Positions 1 through 7,660 of a DNA stretch of 64,000 nt are shown here, piece after piece. The stretch is taken from the NCBI GenBank assembly GCA_964474705.1, contig CAYYUI010000004.1, positions 7,373 to 71,372 on the forward strand. Reading direction: 5' to 3'. The position numbers and the translations under genes were made by a program. Within the stretch, counting starts at the first letter, position 1, and the number at the start of each line of letters is the position of its first letter. Below the pieces are notes generated by a model that was not told the DNA's origin, did no database searches, and was given only the letters and a program-made list of their open reading frames with translations. This DNA comes from an uncultured bacterium. Its GTDB lineage: Bacteria; Muiribacteriota; Ozemobacteria; Ozemobacterales; Ozemobacteraceae.

Positions 1-1110
1 CGCATTGATTACCGTTTCAAAATCAAAGCCGTTTGCTCTGGCTGATCGCTCTGAAAGCCCGGTTGAACCGGCCGCATATTCAAAAACTTTGCAGATACCC
101 GTCTGAATGGTTCCCGGGAACTCTTTTACATTGCCAACTATGGCATTTTCACCGGCAACGCGACCCTGCAGATTGGCAAGATCTCCGTAAGGCGCAAGTA
201 CTTTGCGCCCGGTAATGCGCTGATAAGTTTCCACACAGTCCCCAACTGCATAAATATCAGGATCCGATGTCTGCATATGCTTATCAACGACGACGCCACC
301 TGAAGAACCGATTTCCAGACCGCTGTGGCTCGCAAGATCACTGTTGGGAATAACGCCGATGGCGATAATTGCCAGCTGGCAATCGAGTTCGGCACCATTC
401 TGCAGTTTGATTCCGGTCAATTGCCCATCTTTGCCGAGGAAGGCTTCAAGACCGTTGTTTGACATTACGTTAGCGCCTTTGCTGCGCACATGGTTTTCGA
501 CCAGCTTTGCCATTTCCATGTCAAGAAATGAAAGCAGCTGCGGCAGCATTTCGACTACGGTTATTTCAATGCCTGCAAGATGCAGAGCCTCGCAGGTTTC
601 TATGCCGATAAGACCGCCGCCGATTACCACCGCTTTCCTGATCTTCTTCTCGTCAGCGATTTTGCGCAGAAAATCTGCATCCTGCATGGATTGAAGCGTT
701 GTAATACCCTTAAGATCTATGCCAGGTACTTTTGGCATTCTTGGGCGGGCTCCAGTTGCCAGAATGACTTTGTCGTAAGGCAGTTCTTCGGTTTTACGAG
801 TATTCAAATCTTCTACGACCACCACTTTTTTCTTGCGGTCAATCGAAATCGCTTCGGTAGAAGTTCTGGCAACGATTCCCTTGGCGGCCATAAAAAACTT
901 CGGGTCACGCACCACCCCTGCCGGAGTGCAGAGAAGCTGGTTTCGATCGTTAAAAAAGCCGCCGACATAATAGGGATAACCGCATGAAGCCATCGAAAGA
1001 TCAGGAGCCTTCTGTATTATGGTTATTTCGGCATCTTCATCAAGACGGCGCGCCCTGGCTGCTGCTTTAGGGCCTGCTGCCGAACCGCCGATTACAATAA
1101 TTTTCTTCAT
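1..1110 (-). CDS. FAD-dependent pyridine nucleotide-disulfide oxidoreductase (CoA-disulfide reductase / NADH oxidase family); C-terminus runs off the left edge
   Basis: Absent from the ORF track because there is no stop inside the window. My reverse-strand translation from the ATG at 1110..1108 gives MKKIIVIGGSAAGPKAAARARRL..PDLSMASCGYPYYVGG..KAVVIGGGLIGIETCEAL..DIYAVGDC. That shows two Rossmann GxGxxG motifs and the single redox Cys typical of the family. Confidence 0.85.
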   Translation of the reverse strand, partial: MKKIIVIGGSAAGPKAAARARRLDEDAEITIIQKAPDLSMASCGYPYYVGGFFNDRNQLLCTPAGVVRDPKFFMAAKGIVARTSTEAISIDRKKKVVVVEDLNTRKTEELPYDKVILATGARPRMPKVPGIDLKGITTLQSMQDADFLRKIADEKKIRKAVVIGGGLIGIETCEALHLAGIEITVVEMLPQLLSFLDMEMAKLVENHVRSKGANVMSNNGLEAFLGKDGQLTGIKLQNGAELDCQLAIIAIGVIPNSDLASHSGLEIGSSGGVVVDKHMQTSDPDIYAVGDCVETYQRITGRKVLAPYGDLANLQGRVAGENAIVGNVKEFPGTIQTGICKVFEYAAGSTGLSERSARANGFDFETVINA

Positions 1111-1206
1111 AATTTTACCTTTCCGTATAGAACTACCCGGCTCCCCAAATATTGGAGAAGCCATAAGATATAATAATACTTTTTTTCTAGCAATTCTGCA
1201 ATTAAT

Positions 1207-1218
1207 GGCTTATGCTAA
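1207..1218. promoter_or_regulatory. operator-like box GGCTTATGCTAA (reverse of TTAGCATAAGCC), 30 nt upstream of DUF5320 paralog 1
   Basis: A related 12-mer core recurs at 3199-3210, 3275-3286 and 16487-16498. Each copy lies upstream of a DUF5320 or DUF134 gene. Confidence 0.4.
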
Positions 1219-1247
1219 TAATATATAGAAAAGCTGGAGGGAAAATT

Positions 1248-1493
1248 ATGCCGGGCGGCGATAGAACAGGTCCATGTGGTCTTGGTGCAAAAACAGGTCG
1301 TGCCTGGGGCGACTGCAATTCAGCATCAGTCAGCATCCTGATGTTAATGGCAAGGTTTGCACTGGCAAACTGGAAGATAATCCTGGGTTTCCTGGTGACC
1401 CTAACCATCTCGTCGAAAGCAGGAAAGCTTTCTGACAAGCTTCTTCAAAGCAGAGCGACCAGAATTCTTTTGCCAGATAAGTCAGGTAGATAA
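1248..1493 (+). CDS. DUF5320-like small protein with a divergent, hydrophobic C-terminal half
   Basis: GGAGG at 1236-1240 precedes the ATG at 1248. The N-terminus MPGGDRTGPCGLGAKTGRAWGDC matches MPGFDRTGPNGQGPMTGRGMGNC of the gene at 3366. The remainder (SVSILMLMARFALANWKIILGFLVTLTI..) lacks the Gly/Arg region and coiled coil seen in the paralog. Confidence 0.5.
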   Translation: MPGGDRTGPCGLGAKTGRAWGDCNSASVSILMLMARFALANWKIILGFLVTLTISSKAGKLSDKLLQSRATRILLPDKSGR

Positions 1494-1508
1494 TGAGGTT
1501 ATGTATCT

Positions 1509-2435
1509 TTGACCAGATATAAACACCTGTTCGGGCCAGTTCCATCAAGACGTTTCGGGCGTTCTCTCGGAATCGATCTTACACCTTTTAAAACTTGCTC
1601 TTTCGACTGCATTTTCTGCCAACTAGGTCGCACGACCAGGCTCACTACCGACCGCAGTCAGTATATTCCACTAAAGCAGGTGTTAGCTGAACTCGACGAC
1701 TGGAAAAAGAGCGACGGGACGGCCGATATTATTACCCTGGCCGGTTCTGGTGAGCCAACACTGCATAGCGGCTTTGGGGAAATCATACAATATGCCCGGA
1801 GCCTCGGGTTTCCTGTTGCCTTGTTGACAAACGGTTCACTTCTGCATTTTCCGGAAGTCAGGGAAGCAGCGGCTAAAGCCGACATCGTCAAAGTTTCACT
1901 GAGTGCCTGGGATGACGAATCGTTAAAAACAATCAACAGACCGTCCACAGAAGTTGATTTTAAAAAACTTATTGCCGGTGAACGCCAGTTCAGAAATGAA
2001 TTCAAAGGGCGCCTCTTTGTCGAAGTCTTTGTTCTGCATGGAATCAACTCTGCACCGGAACAAATCGCCGCTATTGCCAGAATAGCCGAAACTCTTTCAG
2101 CAGACAAAATCCAGCTCAACACCTGCGTCAGGCCTCCGGCCGAATCTCTGGCGCAGGCAGAATCACAACAGAATTTATTGCGTCTCTCAGGCTTGTTTAA
2201 GCCGACAGCAGAGGTGATCGCAGAATTTGGAACGGATAAACATGTAGAGATACAGGTTAACGAAGATGCGATACTTGAAATGCTGAATCGCCGACCCTGC
2301 ACCTCGGTGCAGATTGCTGAAGTTTTTGGCATGCATCTGAATGAAGTGGCCAAATACGTTGGCAAACTTTTACGCAGCGGCAAAATAATGGCAGTTACAA
2401 GAAATGAGCAGACCTATTTCACCCGAGCGAATTGA
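1509..2435 (+). CDS. radical SAM protein (COG0731-like, no SPASM Cys cluster) with a C-terminal winged-helix-like tail
   Basis: TTG start. GPVPSRRFGRSLGIDLTPFKTCSFDCIFCQLG contains the CX3CX2C motif, followed by GSGEPTL. Confidence 0.8.
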   Translation: MTRYKHLFGPVPSRRFGRSLGIDLTPFKTCSFDCIFCQLGRTTRLTTDRSQYIPLKQVLAELDDWKKSDGTADIITLAGSGEPTLHSGFGEIIQYARSLGFPVALLTNGSLLHFPEVREAAAKADIVKVSLSAWDDESLKTINRPSTEVDFKKLIAGERQFRNEFKGRLFVEVFVLHGINSAPEQIAAIARIAETLSADKIQLNTCVRPPAESLAQAESQQNLLRLSGLFKPTAEVIAEFGTDKHVEIQVNEDAILEMLNRRPCTSVQIAEVFGMHLNEVAKYVGKLLRSGKIMAVTRNEQTYFTRAN

Positions 2436-2489
2436 CCGGCCTGGCCGGCCGATTTTTTGGCAACAGTAAAGACAAATCCGGGAGCTGAT

Positions 2490-3092
2490 ATGACAGACGA
2501 AGAACTGCAACTATGGTATGAAAAAGCGGTCAATTTCCATAAAAAACAGGTTCCAGGGCTCTTCATAGCCATCGTGATGACAGACTTGTGCCGAACACGA
2601 CTCGGCAATGTCAAAGATTGTCTCAATATCGTCTGTGAATCGGTCTCATGCCTGACCGATGTCATTCAACTCATGACCGGCTGCACAGTTGGCAATCGCT
2701 ATCTGACCATTCACGCCAATCTGGGGCGATTTGCGTTAACCATGTTCGATCGAGCCGATGGAAGAGGCGTCAGAGCCTACATAGACCTCGACAAAATCAT
2801 AGCAGCAGACACCCCTGAATTACACAGGTTTTTCTATCGAACCCGTTCCGCTGAAGTTAAAGCCGGTGGCCCTGCCCGGCTTGAATCAGGCAAGCAGATA
2901 ATCAAAGAGTTCATGACTGTTCGTGAACAGATAATTGGTCTTCAAGAAGTACAACTTGAAAAGTTCGGAAAACCTTTGAAACCAGGGGCAGCAAGATGCC
3001 CTGTATGCCGTGAGTCATTTCTGCAGATTAACGGAGAGGAAAAGTGTTCTGTCTGCAGAGGCGATTTCAGATATTATCAAATCAAAAACTGA
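2490..3092 (+). CDS. FmdE-family protein with C-terminal zinc ribbon
   Basis: The overall pattern (HKKQVPGLFIAIVMTD..VSCLTDVIQLMTGCTVGN) resembles the FmdE domain. The C-terminus carries CPVCR..CSVCR. The ATG at 2490 was preferred over the TTG at 2457. Confidence 0.65.
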   Translation: MTDEELQLWYEKAVNFHKKQVPGLFIAIVMTDLCRTRLGNVKDCLNIVCESVSCLTDVIQLMTGCTVGNRYLTIHANLGRFALTMFDRADGRGVRAYIDLDKIIAADTPELHRFFYRTRSAEVKAGGPARLESGKQIIKEFMTVREQIIGLQEVQLEKFGKPLKPGAARCPVCRESFLQINGEEKCSVCRGDFRYYQIKN

Positions 3093-3198
3093 TACTACTG
3101 CGGCACCCCATGCCTTATCATCAATTTCAAGCTGCCGCGGGATCAGCCTCGATAAAAAATTCAACGACCAGGATCACATATAATCAGGCAATTCATTA

Positions 3199-3210
3199 TT
3201 AGCATAAGCC
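3199..3210. promoter_or_regulatory. operator-like box TTAGCATAAGCC flanked by ATTAT/ATAAT arms
   Basis: Exact reverse complement of the box at 1207-1218. Confidence 0.35.
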
Positions 3211-3263
3211 CATAATAAAATCTCGGATCAAAGACGCATCAACAGTGTTCAAGCACGAAGCAA

Positions 3264-3299
3264 AAGCATTATTTTTAGCATATGCCAAAAATAATGCTT
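3264..3299. promoter_or_regulatory. 36-bp near-perfect palindrome AAGCATTATTTTT-AGCATATGCC-AAAAATAATGCTT
   Basis: The 13-nt arms at 3264-3276 and 3287-3299 are perfect reverse complements. The centre contains the self-complementary GCATATGC. It lies about 70 nt upstream of the DUF5320 gene. Confidence 0.6.
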
Positions 3300-3365
3300 G
3301 ATATTCCAGAAGTATTACTTTATTTTAATATTATAAGTTCTATTTTTCATTTAAGGAGAAAATCT

Positions 3366-3695
3366 ATGCCAGGTTTTGACAGAACGGGTCCGAATGGGCA
3401 GGGGCCGATGACCGGCCGCGGAATGGGAAATTGCCAGGCAGCTGGCTCAGGTCATATGCCTCGCGGTCGACGTGGCGGTTGCGGATTTGGCAATAGCTGG
3501 GGACGCGGGAGACGCCAGGGGTTTTACCGCAATGCTCCAGTAGGCATGCCTGTTGAAATGTCTGTTGATACTGACGACAACCAGAGGTATGAACTTCAAA
3601 ACCAGATTGATGATCTGAAAACACAGCTGATTGAAATAAAAAAGCTTCTACTCAGCAAAAAAACTGAAGCGAAAAGCGAAAGCAGTGACAAATAA
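3366..3695 (+). CDS. DUF5320 family protein
   Basis: AAGGAG RBS before the ATG at 3366. The protein has the MPGFDRTGPNGQGPMTGRGMGNC motif, a Gly/Arg-rich middle and a C-terminal coiled coil (YELQNQIDDLKTQLIEIKKLL). Confidence 0.75.
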   Translation: MPGFDRTGPNGQGPMTGRGMGNCQAAGSGHMPRGRRGGCGFGNSWGRGRRQGFYRNAPVGMPVEMSVDTDDNQRYELQNQIDDLKTQLIEIKKLLLSKKTEAKSESSDK

Positions 3696-3731
3696 GGCTA
3701 TCAACGGCTTATCACGCGCCTGAAAGGCAAC

Positions 3732-3840
3732 ACAGGCCCACAGAAATGTTTCTGAAGATAAACCAGAACCCGTAGACGACCTTCTATGGCGAGCAGGTTT
3801 CGGATAAAAAACAAAAACATTACTGATGGGCCTGTTTTTT
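3732..3840 (+). ncRNA. candidate structured RNA / complex terminator
   Basis: An outer stem pairs ACAGGCCCACAG (3732-3743) with CTGATGGGCCTGT (3823-3835), 12 of 13 positions, and is followed by a T run. Nested inside are the hairpins CAGAAA/TTTCTG, AAACC/GGTTT and CCGTAGA/TCTATGG. Confidence 0.3.
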
Positions 3841-3848
3841 CTCAAATG

Positions 3849-3857
3849 CCCCCCCCC
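3849..3857. repeat. C9 homopolymer tract
   Basis: Nine consecutive C bases, about 45 nt upstream of a TTGACA hexamer (3899-3904) that precedes the metal-uptake gene set. Confidence 0.9.
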
Positions 3858-3935
3858 AGGTTGCACCGATACAGTTTTTGGCAAATGCCAGTTCAAGATT
3901 GACAAACGAATCAATGTCAGGATATTTTATTTGCT

Positions 3936-4325
3936 ATGAATTATTTCACCAGGAAAAGATCAAGCTTTTTCTCTGCTCTGCTGATAAGCATTTTTGCGAT
4001 ATGGGGCATGGCTTTTCCTTTTCATCTGAGCCTAGAACATCAGAACAAAGACTCAGACAGGCACAGTCAAAACAGCGTTGGGCACAGCTGCTGCAATAAT
4101 CATGTTTTCACCCCTGACAGCAACAAATGCAGCTTTCAGAAATCTTCTCAAAATGAGTTCTGCCATATCTGCGATCTTGCCACCCAGTTTTTTACCAATG
4201 GGCTATTTTATAAAATTATTCCGGCCGGAATTCAGTCAGCTGAAAATTCTCCACTATTAGACACGGGGCTGACTTCGAGTTCCATCATTACCACCAGACT
4301 GGCAAGAGCACCACCCCTGAACTGA
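3936..4325 (+). CDS. small signal-anchored Cys/His-containing hypothetical protein
   Basis: The N-terminus has a hydrophobic segment (FFSALLISIFAIWGMAF), followed by HSCCNNH and FCHIC motifs. This is the first gene of the same-strand run that leads into the porin-like and ABC importer genes. Confidence 0.45.
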   Translation: MNYFTRKRSSFFSALLISIFAIWGMAFPFHLSLEHQNKDSDRHSQNSVGHSCCNNHVFTPDSNKCSFQKSSQNEFCHICDLATQFFTNGLFYKIIPAGIQSAENSPLLDTGLTSSSIITTRLARAPPLN

Positions 4326-4396
4326 TTGTTTACGCACTCAATTTAATACACGCCCGGTTTCTGGGCGTCAATATCAGCAATTCAGAGGTAACCCAG

Positions 4397-5800
4397 ATGA
4401 AACGTATTTTGCTATTCCTTTTCACGTATCTTGCGATTCTGCCAACTGTGGCAGGAGCCGCATCTGCAACCATAGATGACAGGTTGACAGCCATAGAAGC
4501 CAGAATGGCCGCCATGCAGATTAATTACGAACAACAGATCGCCTCTCTGACCCAGCAATTGAATGCTTTAAAACTGGTGGCATCAGCAACCCCATTGTCA
4601 TGTGAGACAGACGAACTGGCAGCCTTGAAAGCCGCCGCTGCCAGCGAAATGAAAACTGCTGAAACCAGCAGCTCGTCACAGCAGAATGATTCTGAAAGAA
4701 CATTCATTGCCGGCGATCTGAGTCGCCAGGCAGAAAACCCGGAACTCAGTGTGGTAGGAGATTTTGTTTACCGCCTGCAAAGCATCGACAACGTGCGCAA
4801 CAACTCAGACGCCATGATGCGCAATCTTGGAGTTCATTACGAAACGTATCTCGATCCTTATACCAAATTCAAAGGTGCTGTACCGGTCAAAGAAGATATT
4901 TCTAATCTTGGGGAAGCCTATATAACCAGATTTGGCGTCACCCGCAACCTGAATTTCACGATCGGTAAATTCCGACAGCAATTTGGCGTCGTACATCGCT
5001 GGCATCAGGCGGGTTTAGATCAGGTCGACTTCCCATTAGCCATGCGCCGGGTTCTTGGTGATGGTGGCATTGTCCAGAATGGTATCGCACTTGACTGGCA
5101 GCTTGGCGGTTCAGGCAGAACAACCCATGAACTGACCATGCAATTAACCGAATCGACCAACGCACGTCTTTTTTCCGGCAACACCAGAGGTATGCCTGCG
5201 ATGCTGCTGCATTTCAAGGCATTCAAGGACGTAGATACCGATACTTACCATGAAATCGGGCTGACAACCATGGCCGGCATAAACGATCAATGGTCGATAA
5301 AAAATGGTGCCACCGTTGGCACCCGTGACCTGAATCGACCGGTTTTTGCTTTTGGCCTTGATTTCACCCACCTATGGGAACCGGCTGACAATATGCGCTA
5401 TCGCAATTTCCTCTGGAGAAGCGAATTTTACGGCGTCAGAAAAGACATTCTTACCCCGGACACCGGCAACAAAGACAGCATTTTCGCATGGGGAGGCTAT
5501 ACCAACCTGCAATGGAAACTCGACCGTCAGCTTTCATCAGGTTTTCGTTTCGACTATTTCGAACCGGACAGCCAAAAATACGCTGCTGTGCCAGGCTTGT
5601 CGCTTTATCCCCTGGCAGTAGTCGCGCAAAGCCCCAGCGAGTGGCAATTGTGCCCTTATCTGACCTGGGAACAAAGCCCCTGGGTGAAGTATCGGCTTGA
5701 ATTCAACTATAAATCAGGCAACAACATGGGTCCCGACGAACGCCGGGTTATGCTGCAATGCATCTGGTCTGCCGGCCCACATAAACATGACCGCTATTGA
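4397..5800 (+). CDS. outer-membrane beta-barrel (porin-like) protein with N-terminal coiled coil
   Basis: Signal peptide MKRILLFLFTYLAILPTVAGAASA and a coiled segment (IEARMAAMQINYEQQIASLTQQLNALK). An alternating amphipathic C-terminal region ends in an aromatic residue (..HDRY). Confidence 0.6.
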   Translation: MKRILLFLFTYLAILPTVAGAASATIDDRLTAIEARMAAMQINYEQQIASLTQQLNALKLVASATPLSCETDELAALKAAAASEMKTAETSSSSQQNDSERTFIAGDLSRQAENPELSVVGDFVYRLQSIDNVRNNSDAMMRNLGVHYETYLDPYTKFKGAVPVKEDISNLGEAYITRFGVTRNLNFTIGKFRQQFGVVHRWHQAGLDQVDFPLAMRRVLGDGGIVQNGIALDWQLGGSGRTTHELTMQLTESTNARLFSGNTRGMPAMLLHFKAFKDVDTDTYHEIGLTTMAGINDQWSIKNGATVGTRDLNRPVFAFGLDFTHLWEPADNMRYRNFLWRSEFYGVRKDILTPDTGNKDSIFAWGGYTNLQWKLDRQLSSGFRFDYFEPDSQKYAAVPGLSLYPLAVVAQSPSEWQLCPYLTWEQSPWVKYRLEFNYKSGNNMGPDERRVMLQCIWSAGPHKHDRY

Positions 5801-5819
5801 AATCAGGAGACAGTTATTT

Positions 5820-6944
5820 ATGCTGAACGCTATATTTCCATTTCACTCAAGTTGTGACCAGGCAAACTGCTTCAGCAGAAGCAAACTCACATTTTTAAGA
5901 ACGATTGCTCTGATCCTGCTTTTGGCCTGCAGTATCTCGCCGACCTGTTCCGCACCGTTAAGAGTGGTAACCACACTGCCCGATTACGCCTATCTGGCCA
6001 GCAGAATAGGCGGCCATCTCGTTGAAGTTAAAGCCATGGTCGATGGCAGCCAGGATGCTCATTTCATAAGACCCAAACCTTCATTCGTCGAAATTCTCAG
6101 AAACGCCGATCTATTGATAGCAACCGGCCTGGATCTTGAAATGTGGTTACCGGCAGCTGTTGACAAGTCCGGCAATCACCGCATAAGAAGCGGAGAACCT
6201 GGTTATGTCGCAACCGCTTCCGGAATGAATCTTAAAGACAAACCGGTCGCCCTGTCACACATTGAAGGCGGACTGCATCTGTATGGCAACCCTCATGTAA
6301 CAGTCAGTGCAATCAACATCATTCAGGCAATCGACAATATAAGGGTCGGCCTGAGCCGCAATCTTGCAGTCAGCAAAGAAACCATAAATCAGAACGCCGC
6401 CAGACTGACGGCTGACATTTGCAGACAACTCTATGGTGAAGAATTAATAACCATGCTCGGTCAGGACACCCTGCTTGATCTGCATAAAAGCGGCAAACTG
6501 CTGAACTTTCTCGAGCAGAAACAATTCAAAGGCAAACCCCTCGCCGGGTATGCAGGGGGATGGCTAGGAAAACTCCTGCCGCTGCGCGGTACCCGCATCG
6601 TCAGCTATCATAAAAACTGGCTTTATCTTTTCAACGACTTCGGTCTACTCGAGGGAGGCTTCATCGAGCCCAAGCCAGGTATTCCACCCTCGCCCAGGCA
6701 TCTCGCTGAGCTAAAAAAGAATATGAAGGAACAGAATGTCCGTCTGATCATATCAGCAGATTACTTTGACGAAAAAACGGTTCAGCAACTGGCTGCCGAT
6801 ACCGGAGCAATAGCGACCATGCTGCCATATTATGTCGGCGGCCGGCCAGAAATCGACACATGGGAAAAGCTCATGGATTTCTGGGTAAACAGCATTGCCG
6901 AAAGTGCCCGTCATGCGGGTATAACCGGCGCAAATTCTAAATGA
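5820..6944 (+). CDS. metal (Zn/Mn-type) ABC transporter substrate-binding protein, ZnuA/TroA family
   Basis: AGGAGA RBS before the ATG at 5820. LRVVTTLPDYAYLASRIGG..DAHFIRPKPS..LHLYGNPHV is typical of cluster A-I binding proteins. The longer track ORF from 5697 overlaps the porin gene. Confidence 0.85.
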   Translation: MLNAIFPFHSSCDQANCFSRSKLTFLRTIALILLLACSISPTCSAPLRVVTTLPDYAYLASRIGGHLVEVKAMVDGSQDAHFIRPKPSFVEILRNADLLIATGLDLEMWLPAAVDKSGNHRIRSGEPGYVATASGMNLKDKPVALSHIEGGLHLYGNPHVTVSAINIIQAIDNIRVGLSRNLAVSKETINQNAARLTADICRQLYGEELITMLGQDTLLDLHKSGKLLNFLEQKQFKGKPLAGYAGGWLGKLLPLRGTRIVSYHKNWLYLFNDFGLLEGGFIEPKPGIPPSPRHLAELKKNMKEQNVRLIISADYFDEKTVQQLAADTGAIATMLPYYVGGRPEIDTWEKLMDFWVNSIAESARHAGITGANSK

Positions 6945-7660
6945 ACAGCGAACAGACAATTATCAAATGCACTGATCTGGCCGTAGGTTACGATGGCGAA
7001 GCGGTTCTTTCCGGCATCAATCTTGAGATACGGCGAGGTGACTTTCTGCCATTCTCAGGCCCGAACGGTTCTGGAAAAACCACTCTGTTGCGCACGATTC
7101 TTGGTTTATTACAACCGGTCCGCGGCGAATTGCATCACCCATTTGCCAAAAAACCGCCTGGTTATGTGCCGCAGATTTCAACTCTCGACAGGCTGTACCC
7201 GGTAACTGCCAGAGAAGTGGTCTGCATGGGCTTTTATCCAGAGCTTGGCCTGTGGAAACAGCCCACTTCTGAAATGCAGAAACTGGTAGACGGTTATCTA
7301 GAACGTTTCAATCTCTCCAGGCACTCATCACGACCACTTGACGAGCTTTCCGGAGGTATGCGTCAGAAAGTTCTTATCGCCAGAGCCCTGGTTAGCGGAG
7401 CCGAAGTTCTGATCATGGATGAACCGGCAGCCGGTCTCGACGAACAGTCAGAATTCGATCTGGTCAGGCTTCTATACCAGCTGGCGGAACATGACAACAA
7501 AACAGTTCTATTTGCTCAGCACAGTCTTGAACCGATCATTGGCCTGGCAGACGAAGTTATCAGCTTCGCAGCCGGGCAGACAAAAAGAACCAGTCTTAGT
7601 GAACTGCTGCAAAGAAGACATATTCATAACAGTCGGGATAAAACAGATGTTCAATCATGA
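6941..7660 (+). CDS. metal ABC transporter ATP-binding protein
   Basis: Walker A GPNGSGKTT, signature LSGGMRQK and Walker B VLIMDEP. ATGA overlap with the upstream gene. Confidence 0.9.
   Translation: MNSEQTIIKCTDLAVGYDGEAVLSGINLEIRRGDFLPFSGPNGSGKTTLLRTILGLLQPVRGELHHPFAKKPPGYVPQISTLDRLYPVTAREVVCMGFYPELGLWKQPTSEMQKLVDGYLERFNLSRHSSRPLDELSGGMRQKVLIARALVSGAEVLIMDEPAAGLDEQSEFDLVRLLYQLAEHDNKTVLFAQHSLEPIIGLADEVISFAAGQTKRTSLSELLQRRHIHNSRDKTDVQS

Noticed and set aside
5697-5819. N-terminal extensions of track ORFs: 5697, 7419, 16858, 20487, 21022, 23006, 25962, 28296, 30084, 33879, 36088, 42785, 43685, 49276
   Set aside because: The extensions overlap the preceding gene or lack an RBS. Internal ATG codons with a Shine-Dalgarno sequence or ATGA-type coupling give N-termini that match the expected family starts.
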